Assembly: GCA_964632315.1 (NCBI GenBank)
Contig: CAZWEM010000028.1
Span: 1-55,503 of the forward strand
From: an uncultured archaeon
GTDB taxonomy: Archaea; Asgardarchaeota; Lokiarchaeia; Sigyniarchaeales; SOKP01
DNA length: 55,503 nt
Direction of reading: 5' to 3'
Part shown: in pieces, positions 9,131-18,953 of the stretch
How positions within the stretch are numbered: position 1 is the first letter of the stretch
How the letters are laid out: each line of letters begins with the position of its first letter
Made by a program: the position numbers and the translations under genes
The notes under the pieces: model-generated
Databases searched by the model: none
What the model saw: the letters and a program-made list of their open reading frames with translations, nothing else
Told to the model about the DNA's origin: nothing

Positions 9131-10870
9131 ATGATTAAGAATGATAATAATGGCTTCAAAACCCTAAAAGGAAAGATCATATTGACAGCGAGTATTGGAC
9201 AATGCGTTCATGTTGCGGGAGCATATAATTTCATGAATATTGCGAGCCAATTAGGGTTTAAATGCATCTTTTTAGGCCCCGCTACTCCAAATTCCATTAT
9301 AATAGAAAAGATAAGAAGCATTAAGCCAAATATAGTGGGGTTTAGTTATAGGCTTACTCCGTCTACATTAAAACCTATTCTTAGGAAATTTAAAAAAAAA
9401 TATATCAATGTAGATGAAAAACCTCAACGCTTATTTTTTGCGGGTACTCCTCAAAATGTAGAAATAGCGAAAGAATTTGATCTCTTTGATGAATATTTTG
9501 TAGGAGGGGAGTCAAAATATAAAATTATATCAATTTTAAGGCGTGAAAGGTCTGATTCAGAAAAAATAATTAAAATTCCAATAGAATTGATTCCACGGAT
9601 TAAATGGAAAAAACCTTATCCTATCATAAGAGCTCATTTTGGTTTGGAAAATCTCGAGGAAACTTTAAACGGAATAAAGAAATTAGCGAACGCAGAAGTT
9701 TTAGATATCATCTCAATTGCACCAGATCAAAACACGCAAGCTAATTTTTTCCATCCAGAGGACCAAGATGATGGCCTTTCAGGGGCAGGAGGAGTTCCAA
9801 TAAGATCCAGAGAAGATTTATTAAAGATTCATCAAGCAAGATTTACTGGAAATAATCCATTATTAAGAATTTATGCCGGAACTCGTGATTTTATAAAACT
9901 AGGAAAACTTTTTAGAGAGACAATCCAAAATGCTTGGGCGGCTATTCCGATATTTTGGTTTAATCAAATGGATGGTCGGGGCCCTTTAAGTTTAAAAGAG
10001 TCAATAAAACAGCATCTGGAAGCCATTAAATGGCATGCTGAGAACAAGATTCCTGTTGAGATCAATGATCCTCATCATTGGAGTTTAAGAAATGCTCCAG
10101 ATGCTATTGCAGTGGCGGATATGTATTTAAGCGGAATAATTGCGAAAAAACTAGGAGTAAAACATTTTATTGCCCAATACATGTTTAATACGCCACCAGG
10201 AAGTTCGTTTGATATGGATTTAGCAAAAATTATGGCAAAAGATGAGTTGCTTCATACTCTGATCGATGATAAATTTTCAGTAATTCGGCAGGTTCGTGCG
10301 GGATTAGTTAGTTTTCCACTCAATCTCAATAGAGCTAAAGGACAATTAGCTGCTGCAACGATGGTTCAATTAGCGATAAAGCCAGATATTATTCATATTG
10401 TTAGTTTCAGCGAAGCAGATCATGCTGCTAACCCAGAAGATATCATAGAAAGTTGTAATATAGTTGAACAAGTTGTAAATAAGGTATATGAAAGTAATCT
10501 AAATGTCATTAATGACAAAATTAATGAAAGAAAAGAAGAATTGATAAAACAAGCTAAATGGATCATAGATTTGGTTCCACATTTAGCTAAAAATAGAGAG
10601 GAAAGAGAGAATCCTTGGAGAGATTATAACGTATTGCATAGACTAGTTAAATTTGGTATTTTTGATGCCCCTCATCTTAAAAATAACAAATATGCTCTCG
10701 GAAAAATTATAACAAAAGTGATTAACGGAGGATGTTATTCTTGGGATCTTATCCGTAATAAAAAATTGGATGAAATTGAAAGGATCAAGACGATAATAGA
10801 TGAAAATGCCAGCTTTATGGATTTTGATATAAAAGCTAAAACAAGTCCAAAAGAGGTGAAAATAAAATGA
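9131..10870 (+). CDS. Cobalamin-dependent protein: N-terminal B12-binding domain fused to a glutamate-mutase-E-like barrel
   Basis: GQCVHVAG (DxHxxG variant), FLGP, VGFSYRL, FFAG; the C-terminal AKKLGVKHF..DLAK..SFP..AATMV..SEA pattern recalls glutamate mutase E. Confidence 0.75.
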   Translation: MIKNDNNGFKTLKGKIILTASIGQCVHVAGAYNFMNIASQLGFKCIFLGPATPNSIIIEKIRSIKPNIVGFSYRLTPSTLKPILRKFKKKYINVDEKPQRLFFAGTPQNVEIAKEFDLFDEYFVGGESKYKIISILRRERSDSEKIIKIPIELIPRIKWKKPYPIIRAHFGLENLEETLNGIKKLANAEVLDIISIAPDQNTQANFFHPEDQDDGLSGAGGVPIRSREDLLKIHQARFTGNNPLLRIYAGTRDFIKLGKLFRETIQNAWAAIPIFWFNQMDGRGPLSLKESIKQHLEAIKWHAENKIPVEINDPHHWSLRNAPDAIAVADMYLSGIIAKKLGVKHFIAQYMFNTPPGSSFDMDLAKIMAKDELLHTLIDDKFSVIRQVRAGLVSFPLNLNRAKGQLAAATMVQLAIKPDIIHIVSFSEADHAANPEDIIESCNIVEQVVNKVYESNLNVINDKINERKEELIKQAKWIIDLVPHLAKNREERENPWRDYNVLHRLVKFGIFDAPHLKNNKYALGKIITKVINGGCYSWDLIRNKKLDEIERIKTIIDENASFMDFDIKAKTSPKEVKIK

Positions 10871-11970
10871 TTTTTTGCGTAATTGGTGCTGGAAATGGAG
10901 GAAGAGCCTTTGCAGCTTATCTCTCCTCAAAAGGATACACGGTTAAATTATATAACAGATCATACTCCAGAATAGCAGATATAATTAAAAAGGGTATGAT
11001 TAAATCGTCTGGTTCCTTAAAAGGTAAATATCCCATCGATACGGTTACGCAAAATATTGAGGTTGCACTTAAAGATGTCGATGTAATTTTAGTAGTAACT
11101 CCTGCTTTTGCCCATAAAGCTATCGCAAAGTTAATCGCTCCATATTTAACGCAAGATCAAATAATTCTATTAAATCCGGGAAGGACTTTTGGGTCGATAG
11201 AGTTCAGAAACACAATTAAAGAAGAAATTGGAAATATACCAATATTTATCGGAGAGACACAAACACTTCTCTTTACTTCGAGAGAGTTAAAAAAGAATGG
11301 AGTACAGATATTAAAAATTAAAGATTTGGTTGATTTTTGCGGTTTTCCAGAGAAGGACACTTTTTTCATCTATGACACATTAAGAGAGGTATTTCCTCAA
11401 CTCAATCCTATTGATGATTACTTGGAAGTATCATTAAGAAATATCGGGATGCTATTACACCCAGCATTAAGTTTGATGAACTCTGGATTCATGGATATTG
11501 GAAGAGAGTTCAAGTTTTATAAGGAGGGAGCGACATTCCACACATGTGAAGTGCTTGAACAAATACAGTTTGAAATAAATCTTATATTTGAAAAGTTAGG
11601 TATGCCACGTCTTAATTTTTGCGATTGGGCTAAAAAATCATATGGGGTAAGTTCGAAATGTATCCACGAAGCGATTCAGAATATAATTGCTTATAAGGAT
11701 ATAAATGCTCCCAGAGAATTAATCACGCGTTATTTTACTGAGGACGTGCCTACAGGATTAGTTCCAGTATCTTCAATAGCTCACTTCTTGGGCGTTAAAA
11801 CCCCAACTATTGATTCAATTATTCAGTTATCGTCTATTCTTTGTGGAACGGCATTTAAAAAGACTGGTAGAAACATTCATAAACTAAACTTTGGAGATTA
11901 TATAACGAAAAGAATTGAGATTCAAGATTTTATTATTGATGAAAAAAAATCAATAAAAGCAAGGATTTAA
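10867..11970 (+). CDS. NAD/NADP octopine/nopaline (opine) dehydrogenase family protein
   Basis: VIGAGNGG Rossmann motif, LNPGRTFG, NIGMLLHP, FYKEG, RYFTEDVPTGLVP; ATGA overlap with the upstream gene. Confidence 0.9.
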   Translation: MIFCVIGAGNGGRAFAAYLSSKGYTVKLYNRSYSRIADIIKKGMIKSSGSLKGKYPIDTVTQNIEVALKDVDVILVVTPAFAHKAIAKLIAPYLTQDQIILLNPGRTFGSIEFRNTIKEEIGNIPIFIGETQTLLFTSRELKKNGVQILKIKDLVDFCGFPEKDTFFIYDTLREVFPQLNPIDDYLEVSLRNIGMLLHPALSLMNSGFMDIGREFKFYKEGATFHTCEVLEQIQFEINLIFEKLGMPRLNFCDWAKKSYGVSSKCIHEAIQNIIAYKDINAPRELITRYFTEDVPTGLVPVSSIAHFLGVKTPTIDSIIQLSSILCGTAFKKTGRNIHKLNFGDYITKRIEIQDFIIDEKKSIKARI

Positions 11971-12770
11971 TGTTTTCTTGCTCTTAATTTAGCCAATTCT
12001 TCTTTTTCAATTCTAGATTTTATTATAGCAATGTCATCTTCCATTGTTGATATTAAATTATCTTGATCGAGATTTAACTCGACTAAAATATCACGGACTT
12101 CTTGAAACAATTTTAATAGCTTAGAATTTGGGATTTTCCTTAAAGTAGTAACTGGAATATGAATGAATCTGGATGCAAATACATATAAAGATGTAATAAG
12201 TATCCAGATAAGAATTAAGATAGTTAGTGTCCATTCTATTATTGGAATAAAGGTAGTTAAAAGTACAATCAAAACAATAACTATAATAAAACCCAAGATG
12301 GGATGAAATTTTCGAAAATTTAGTCTAGGATAAGTTGATTTTCGTGATCCTAAAAACATTAAAAGACTAAATAAACCTATATAAATCGCAGAACCGATAA
12401 AACTGAAAAATGCTACGATATCATGAAAAACTAAAAAAATTTGAATGTACGTTTCATCGGGAATGATTCCAACTAAAGCAATGCAGACACAAGTTACTAA
12501 TGACATCCCCGTAGCTAATCTTCGAACACTTTCATTGATATTTGATAGTTCTCTTTCAAGATATATATAGAAAGGTATCTCCAGGGATCCCCCAACGACA
12601 AATGCAATGCTGAATAATGACTTTGCCGGACCATAGCCTAGACTACTGACTGTATTCTTAAATGGGCTATAACCAGGAGTTTGGATAGCTGCTAAAACTA
12701 AAAGAACAATTGCAATCGTGATACCAGCAAGGCCAAATATGGGTTCTAGTTTATATTTCAAACGAATCAT
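11967..12770 (-). CDS. DUF998-like membrane protein
   Basis: PGYSPFKNTVSSLG, GIIP, HDIVAFFSF; about 6 TM helices. Confidence 0.7.
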   Translation of the reverse strand: MIRLKYKLEPIFGLAGITIAIVLLVLAAIQTPGYSPFKNTVSSLGYGPAKSLFSIAFVVGGSLEIPFYIYLERELSNINESVRRLATGMSLVTCVCIALVGIIPDETYIQIFLVFHDIVAFFSFIGSAIYIGLFSLLMFLGSRKSTYPRLNFRKFHPILGFIIVIVLIVLLTTFIPIIEWTLTILILIWILITSLYVFASRFIHIPVTTLRKIPNSKLLKLFQEVRDILVELNLDQDNLISTMEDDIAIIKSRIEKEELAKLRARKH

Positions 12771-13284
12771 AACACCATCACTTCAGCATAACTTATTTTT
12801 AAAGATTGGGTTGTATACCTATAAATTGTGTATATATAGATTCCATGATTATTAAACTTCTTTTAATCTTTTCTTCACATATCCCTATTTAGGTGATCTT
12901 TCCTTTATTTTGTGAATTTTTTATCCACCAAATTTATGAGATTTTGTATTTTTTTTAATTTGGGTCTTATTATACCCTCTGGTAATAAATTTTTGACTGA
13001 TTAAGCTCCTATTATTCTCATACTTCGCCTTTTTTTAAAAAAAATGATTTAATTTAACAAATATTAGCCCGGCTTAGTCACATAAGTTTTAGGTATAGAA
13101 ATTGATTGGAAATGTTTTTCTCTTTTTAAAATCAGAAGATTTAAATAAGTTATGCGATAGAGTATAGTGAGATTTTAGTTGAATCATTGGAAGGGCTATA
13201 TATTACTATTTTATTCTTTTTAAGCCTTCGTGTTAGCTAAAATTAAAAAAAATTATTTTATTATTTAAAAGAGGTGATTAAGAA

Positions 13285-13488
13285 ATTCCTGGGTCTCACG
13301 GTTCAATGACTAAAGCAGGAAAGGTTAGGCAACAAACTCCAAGGGTGGAATCAACAGGAGTTAATTCTGTTAAAAAAAGAATACCTAGAAAAAGATTTAG
13401 GCGATTGTATAAAAAAAGAATCGTGAATGAAAAATTTGGGGGACAACCTGATTCTATTGGGGCAAAAAAAGCAAGATATCGCTCCTAA
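13285..13488 (+). CDS. rps30e: Ribosomal protein eS30 (ATT start)
   Basis: (I)PGSHGSMTKAGKVRQQTPRV; the conserved SHGS lies upstream of the first ATG (13306); GAGGTGA SD at 13271-13277. Confidence 0.92.
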   Translation: MPGSHGSMTKAGKVRQQTPRVESTGVNSVKKRIPRKRFRRLYKKRIVNEKFGGQPDSIGAKKARYRS

Positions 13489-13535
13489 TTCAAGAATTGA
13501 TATTCATTAATAAGAAATATGGAGGTGAAGTAAAA

Positions 13536-14042
13536 ATTTACAGTAAAATATTGATAGCGATGGATGATTCAAATGATGCTTTCAAAGCAGCGAAACGAGT
13601 AATTGAAATGGTTAAAAATGGAAAGGGGGCAAATGAAGATGAAAATAGCAAAATTACCACCAAAGTAGTTGCTTTTCATTCAATTATGCATAATGCATTC
13701 TCACAAGGCCTAATAATTCCCATCCCTAGTCCGTTTGGTAGTTACTATATGATTCCATCGTTAGATTATCAAAAACTAGAGCAAGAATATCGAGAACACG
13801 GTAAACGTATATTAAGCAAAGTAAAAGAAATGTTTGATAAAGAAAATTTACCAATTGAAACTCGACTTATCGTTGATCACACACCTGCCGAATATATCTC
13901 AAAGGTTAAAAAAGAAGAAAATTTTGATTTAGTTGCTCTGGGATGTAAAGGAGAACATTCAAGAGTGGAAGAATTACTCATAGGAAATGTTGCATTTGAA
14001 ATTCTAAACAACGTCGATACTGATTTATTGATTGTTCGATAA
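13536..14042 (+). CDS. Universal stress protein (probable ATT start)
   Basis: (I)YSKILIAMDDS...FDLVALGCKG...LLIGNVAFEIL...DLLIVR; GGAGGTGA SD at 13521-13528. Confidence 0.9.
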   Translation: MYSKILIAMDDSNDAFKAAKRVIEMVKNGKGANEDENSKITTKVVAFHSIMHNAFSQGLIIPIPSPFGSYYMIPSLDYQKLEQEYREHGKRILSKVKEMFDKENLPIETRLIVDHTPAEYISKVKKEENFDLVALGCKGEHSRVEELLIGNVAFEILNNVDTDLLIVR

Positions 14043-14319
14043 TATAAATTCATACATTTAAGTCTCTATTAAAGAGATTAAATCTTTTTTGGTAATGATG
14101 AAAAGCAATTTTTTTTTTTAATTTTATCAAGAAAATCATAAAAATAAATAAAAGGTCTGTTTGATTATAGAGAATATACAAATCGAGATCTCATCAGATA
14201 GATAGAGAAAACTTCTTCATAATTTCGAGTGATTTTGAATCTTAACTGAACTATTTTCTATTATAAAATTCTGTCAAGATTTCCATATCTGATAATAAAT
14301 AAAAAAATGAGGTGATTTT

Positions 14320-14454
14320 TTGTTCGAATTTTGTGAAAAATGCGGGAGTATCATGATGCATTCAAAGGAGGATGATAAAGAATTCCTCGAATGCACGTTA
14401 TGTAAACATAAAATAGAGATAACAGAGGAAATTCACGATTCATATGTGTTTTAA
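14320..14454 (+). CDS. 44-aa stand-alone zinc ribbon (TFS/Rpb9/Rpc11 N-terminal ribbon-like), absent from the ORF track
   Basis: MFEFCEKCGSIMMHSKEDDKEFLECTLCKHKIEITEEIHDSYVF*; GAGGTGA SD. Confidence 0.75.
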   Translation: MFEFCEKCGSIMMHSKEDDKEFLECTLCKHKIEITEEIHDSYVF

Positions 14455-14640
14455 AAATTTAAATTTATTAATATTTTTAATTCTATTTTTTTGAATTAGG
14501 CTTTTCTAGAAAGATTTAGGTTTTGGAAAGTATTTTAATTCATAAAGCAATTTCAAGATGAACTTAAACGGCATATTATGGTTTTTTTATTATTAATGAT
14601 AAGTTCATCTAATTTTTTGATGATTTAGGAGAAATTTATA

Positions 14641-15399
14641 ATGATTTTCTTCAAGGTGAGTGAATTCTCGATTATAAATATTGTAAGAATTATACCAATT
14701 GGGATCTTATCAATTATGTCGCTATTTGTGGTTATATTAGCGATATCCATCATTCGAAGCAAGCAATTTAAAGTTCAAGACAAATTTTTTCTTGGAAGTG
14801 GATTTTTATTTTATGCTCTGGGAGCTGTTATAAATATTACTTATTATATATTAGGAATCTTGGTTCAAGATGAGCGGCTAATCAAAATTATATATGCGAT
14901 TGGTATATCTAGTTTATTTCTTGCATGTTTGTGCCAGATCATTTTCCAACATTCTAAACGAGATCCAAAATTCAAACCAAGAAGACAATATCTTGTCGCA
15001 GGCATTTTAAGTCTTATCATCGTTATTTCTACTATCATTATGACATTTATCTTTGTTACTTATAACGCTTCAACTAATTGGGCACCACTTTGGAGCGTGG
15101 AATATTCGCTTTATTATGATGCAATTTTATTAGGATTAATTCTGATTGAAGTAATTGAAGCAAATAAGATTTATAAACTGCTAGCAGGAAAGAGATCCGA
15201 AATCCAACGACAGGAAGGGGCTCATATTCGCTGGAAATATTTCAACATAGGGTTTATTGGGATTGCAAGTCTTATGTTACTTCCAAGTATCGCTAATTTA
15301 TTTCTAAACTCATTAATTAGGGCAATTGCAGGTAGTTTAACAGCTTTTATGATGCTTTTTGGGTATATCATGTATAAAGGGCTTAATTTTCGAAGCTAA
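14641..15399 (+). CDS. Stand-alone seven-transmembrane protein
   Basis: Seven hydrophobic segments; no soluble domain. Confidence 0.75.
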   Translation: MIFFKVSEFSIINIVRIIPIGILSIMSLFVVILAISIIRSKQFKVQDKFFLGSGFLFYALGAVINITYYILGILVQDERLIKIIYAIGISSLFLACLCQIIFQHSKRDPKFKPRRQYLVAGILSLIIVISTIIMTFIFVTYNASTNWAPLWSVEYSLYYDAILLGLILIEVIEANKIYKLLAGKRSEIQRQEGAHIRWKYFNIGFIGIASLMLLPSIANLFLNSLIRAIAGSLTAFMMLFGYIMYKGLNFRS

Positions 15400-15436
15400 A
15401 AAAAGAAAAATAAAATTTCTAATTAAAATCGATTCA

Positions 15437-16798
15437 TCAACCATTTACCATTTCCATAAACGCACCAAGACGGGTACTTACTTGCTCTACATTTTCACCA
15501 ATCCGATTAAAGGTGTAATACATTGATGGAATCTCTAAATTTCTTCTAATTTTTTCCTTTAAAAGTCTATAACAATTAGAAATCGAATGACATCCAAATA
15601 ATTGGTTAAAAACTAATCCGTCCGCACTTAACTTTTTCGCAACTCGCATATAAGAATCCGTCAACACGTTATTATCGCAGCCTATCCCATTCTCCGTAGC
15701 ATTCATTATAAAATCAGCATATGCTTCAATTGGATCTGTTTTATTTGTAATGGGAATGTCATCCAACAGTCTTAAAACGTCCCAATCTGCATACAAGGCT
15801 CTCCCTCCTAATCTATAAATGATTTCGTGAGTCTTGGGCTCCCATCCTCCGAACATAGGTGTTACCAAGATTTTCTTATATTTAGAAACATCCATACCTA
15901 ACCCTTTTCGTATGCGCTCTCGCATTTCGTTTATCATCTGGTGAATGTTTTCTGCATATCTTTTGGCATTTGAATTATAATCTTGAAAACTAATGCTAAG
16001 TAGTGCAAGAATTTCACTAAAAGTCGCTGGGTTGCAAGGATAAAAATCTGAAGCACCTATCTCATAAATTATATTCTTATAATCTCTACGTATTTGGTTA
16101 GTTAATTTAAAATGTTCTCGCAAGGCACTATCACTATAAGAATGGCCACTTAGCTTTTCAAGTTCATGGATCGCGCTTTTTATATTATCTTCCAATAATT
16201 CCATTGAATTTCCAATATTCCTAGGAGGTATATCTACCCAGATATCTTTAACATTACTATCAATACTTTTTAAAGACTCTGAATATTTATTCCAAGCGCT
16301 ACATCGAATAGTATAATTCATTGTAGCACTCACGTTTTTCATTTTTGTTACATGCATACCTACTAAAGTTTTTAAGCCAAAACAAAAATCAGTAGAGATA
16401 CCTCGCTCAACTCCAATATCATACATTTCGTTGTACTTCTGGTTTAAAGTCTCGATAACGTCATCAATAATTTCATCAATTATCTTACTAATCTCTTCGA
16501 TACCTGCATTCTTGATAAACCCAAGAAATTTAGATACATTATCCCATCCAAAAAAACTAGAAGCAGAACCTAAATAGGAAAGATACTTGCTTATTTTGAA
16601 AATATGCATTCTAATTGGAAATACCGGAACTAGATTTGGAAATCCGAAGATTAAATCAGAGAAGGGAAGCGCAACTGAGATGAGATGCTTCTTTTCCCTT
16701 AATTTCATTCTTTTTAATTCATCTCTTCCAGCAATTAAATTATACGACATCTTTAATACGGAAGAAAAACGGATAATTTCATCAGCATATAAACTCAT
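15437..16798 (-). CDS. 2-hydroxyacyl-CoA dehydratase subunit (HGD-D family)
   Basis: DFCFG, IRCSAW, DGLVFNQLFGCHS, EQVSTRLGAFMEM; in an operon with the activase. Confidence 0.85.
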   Translation of the reverse strand: MSLYADEIIRFSSVLKMSYNLIAGRDELKRMKLREKKHLISVALPFSDLIFGFPNLVPVFPIRMHIFKISKYLSYLGSASSFFGWDNVSKFLGFIKNAGIEEISKIIDEIIDDVIETLNQKYNEMYDIGVERGISTDFCFGLKTLVGMHVTKMKNVSATMNYTIRCSAWNKYSESLKSIDSNVKDIWVDIPPRNIGNSMELLEDNIKSAIHELEKLSGHSYSDSALREHFKLTNQIRRDYKNIIYEIGASDFYPCNPATFSEILALLSISFQDYNSNAKRYAENIHQMINEMRERIRKGLGMDVSKYKKILVTPMFGGWEPKTHEIIYRLGGRALYADWDVLRLLDDIPITNKTDPIEAYADFIMNATENGIGCDNNVLTDSYMRVAKKLSADGLVFNQLFGCHSISNCYRLLKEKIRRNLEIPSMYYTFNRIGENVEQVSTRLGAFMEMVNG

Positions 16799-17934
16799 TA
16801 ATTTATCATCTCCAAAAATGCCTCGATTCTCGTAGATAATTGCCCCCTATTGGCGCGAGAATAATCTCTTTCTAAATTTAAAACTTGAATCCCTTTTTTT
16901 TGTAATTTTTCCTTAAAGTACGTAGAATGCATTGAAAAATGATCACAAAATTTTATGATATGATTTATCACTCCAAGATCTTGATCTTCTCTCTCTTTAT
17001 AAATTCTATTTATCTCTTCAATTCGAGTTACTTTATACTCTAGAAAGTTGGGAATAGAATGATCGCTTAATCTATTCCTTTTAAATCTCTCAACTAATAA
17101 ATCGTAGGGATTTGATATCGAATTCAATGTTTCATTATCGAAGGTTTGAGAATAATATTGGTTACCTATCCATGTGTCAAAAAAAACGACATTCCCTCCG
17201 GCATCTTCAATCAATTCAATTATATTATCATTTAGAAAAATAGAACAACCAGTAAGAATCACATTTTTAATATGTTTTGATTTTTGCTGATTTTGTTTAT
17301 TCTTTTCTATAAATTCAGAAATCATTTCAATAGAGTTTGGGCCATAAAGCATAGCAGTTTGGATAATTTGTAGTTTTTTCGATCCAATCAAATTTAATGA
17401 GTTTAACTCGAGTAGTTTAAGCTTGAAATTATTATATTTTTTAATGCTTTTTAATAAATCTTCATCAGCAATTTCTTTATCTATGATCTTTTCAATCTGC
17501 TCTTTAAAATCAATCAATTCTAATTTAAAATACTTCAAACTATTTTGATTCTTTGTATAGGGTAAGTAAAAATTCAATCTAGGAATATTAAAGTACTTCG
17601 TAATGATTTCTGATCCACATATATCAGAAACGCAATGATTTGAAACAATGAAGTAGTCAATCAGATCTAAAAACTGATATTGAGAAGGTTTCAATGAAAA
17701 AAGTCCTATCATTGATTGAGTAAAAGCACAGGTGGATGGGGGAAGATAATCGTGACTCATATTCATTAGCTCATCGTTCCCTCCAAACATCAATCTTAAG
17801 GGAAAAACACCAGCCGCATCTAACAATTCTTCAGGAATATTATCATGTGCTAAAAATGAAGCTACTTTACATCCTTCCTGCTTCTTTAGCTTTAAAAAAA
17901 GTGAAAATTCCATTAAAAGATTATTCAAATCCAT
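16798..17934 (-). CDS. 2-hydroxyacyl-CoA dehydratase subunit (HGD-D family)
   Basis: PEELLDAAGVFP, STCAF, KFCDH, LERDY..GQLSTRIEAFLEM. Confidence 0.9.
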   Translation of the reverse strand: MDLNNLLMEFSLFLKLKKQEGCKVASFLAHDNIPEELLDAAGVFPLRLMFGGNDELMNMSHDYLPPSTCAFTQSMIGLFSLKPSQYQFLDLIDYFIVSNHCVSDICGSEIITKYFNIPRLNFYLPYTKNQNSLKYFKLELIDFKEQIEKIIDKEIADEDLLKSIKKYNNFKLKLLELNSLNLIGSKKLQIIQTAMLYGPNSIEMISEFIEKNKQNQQKSKHIKNVILTGCSIFLNDNIIELIEDAGGNVVFFDTWIGNQYYSQTFDNETLNSISNPYDLLVERFKRNRLSDHSIPNFLEYKVTRIEEINRIYKEREDQDLGVINHIIKFCDHFSMHSTYFKEKLQKKGIQVLNLERDYSRANRGQLSTRIEAFLEMIN

Positions 17935-18035
17935 TTCTGATTGCTCTTAAAACTGAAATATTAATCAAAAAAGTTTTAATTCTTTTTAAACGTTTACCGA
18001 TCAGAAATATAACTAAAAATATTAAAATGCCTATT

Positions 18036-18818
18036 TTACAAGTTTCCGCTGTTTTCTTCTGCGATGAGTGCTGCTCCAATTGCCCCTGTCAACTGAGGAA
18101 GTTCGGGAGAGACAATCTCAAATCCTAATTCTTCTTCTAAGTACCTTTTTACTGCGGCATTTTTGGCCACACCTCCACAAAAAACCAATTTGGGTTCCAC
18201 TCCAATTCTTTTTGCCATTCCAGCAACTCTACGAGCGATTGATTTATGAATACCACTCGCAATATCTTCTTTAGATGCTCCTCTAGCAAATAAACTTATC
18301 ACTTCGCTTTCAGCAAATACAGTACAAGTGGAACTTATTGAGGAAGGTCTAGAAGATTTTAACGCCAATTCTCCAAAATTGTCAATAGGTACTTCCAAAG
18401 CATGAGCCATTACTTCAAGAAAGCGCCCTGTCCCCGCTGCACATTTATCATTCATTTGAAAGTCAATAACTTTACCTGTCTTCGATGAAATCAGGATTGC
18501 CTTACTATCTTGTCCTCCAATATCTATTACTGACCGAGCATCAGGAAAGAAATATTGAATCCCTTTTGCATGAGCTGTAATTTCAGTCACTCTATCGTCA
18601 GCTATGTCGATAGTATTTCTTCCATATCCAGTACTCATTACATAAACATCAGACCGTGATAAACTATGTCTAGACAAAATTTCATCAAATAAATCATGTC
18701 CGACTTTTTTGAAATTGTATGTGGAACGTTCTGTACGGTGATCGATTAACTTTTTCTCACTGATTAATGCAATTTTAGTTGCTAATGACCCAATATCAAT
18801 ACCTATAAAAGATTTCAT
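18036..18818 (-). CDS. CoA-substrate-specific enzyme activase (HgdC/BcrAD ASKHA ATPase)
   Basis: GIDIGS, STGYGR, DIGGQDSK, MNDKCAAGTGRFLE, STCTVFAESE, GGVAKN. Confidence 0.95.
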   Translation of the reverse strand: MKSFIGIDIGSLATKIALISEKKLIDHRTERSTYNFKKVGHDLFDEILSRHSLSRSDVYVMSTGYGRNTIDIADDRVTEITAHAKGIQYFFPDARSVIDIGGQDSKAILISSKTGKVIDFQMNDKCAAGTGRFLEVMAHALEVPIDNFGELALKSSRPSSISSTCTVFAESEVISLFARGASKEDIASGIHKSIARRVAGMAKRIGVEPKLVFCGGVAKNAAVKRYLEEELGFEIVSPELPQLTGAIGAALIAEENSGNL

Positions 18819-18953
18819 TTTTTAGTCTCGAGTTTTAGGCGAACTTTTCTTAAAAAAGTATTTTAAAAAATATTAAAATTTTGGTTCTGAACGACTTATA
18901 AATTTTAGGCTTTAAAACGGCAATAATAAGAAGTGTTAGATAAGTAAAATTTA

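Noticed and set aside
13497-13535. ORF-track TTG start for the USP
   Set aside because: No SD precedes it, the extension translates through the SD itself (GGE), and USP homology starts at IYSKIL. Disfavoured but not strictly excluded.
14641-15399. Rhodopsin (schizorhodopsin or heliorhodopsin)
   Set aside because: No retinal-binding Lys motif in TM7 and no RYxDW-like TM3 motif.
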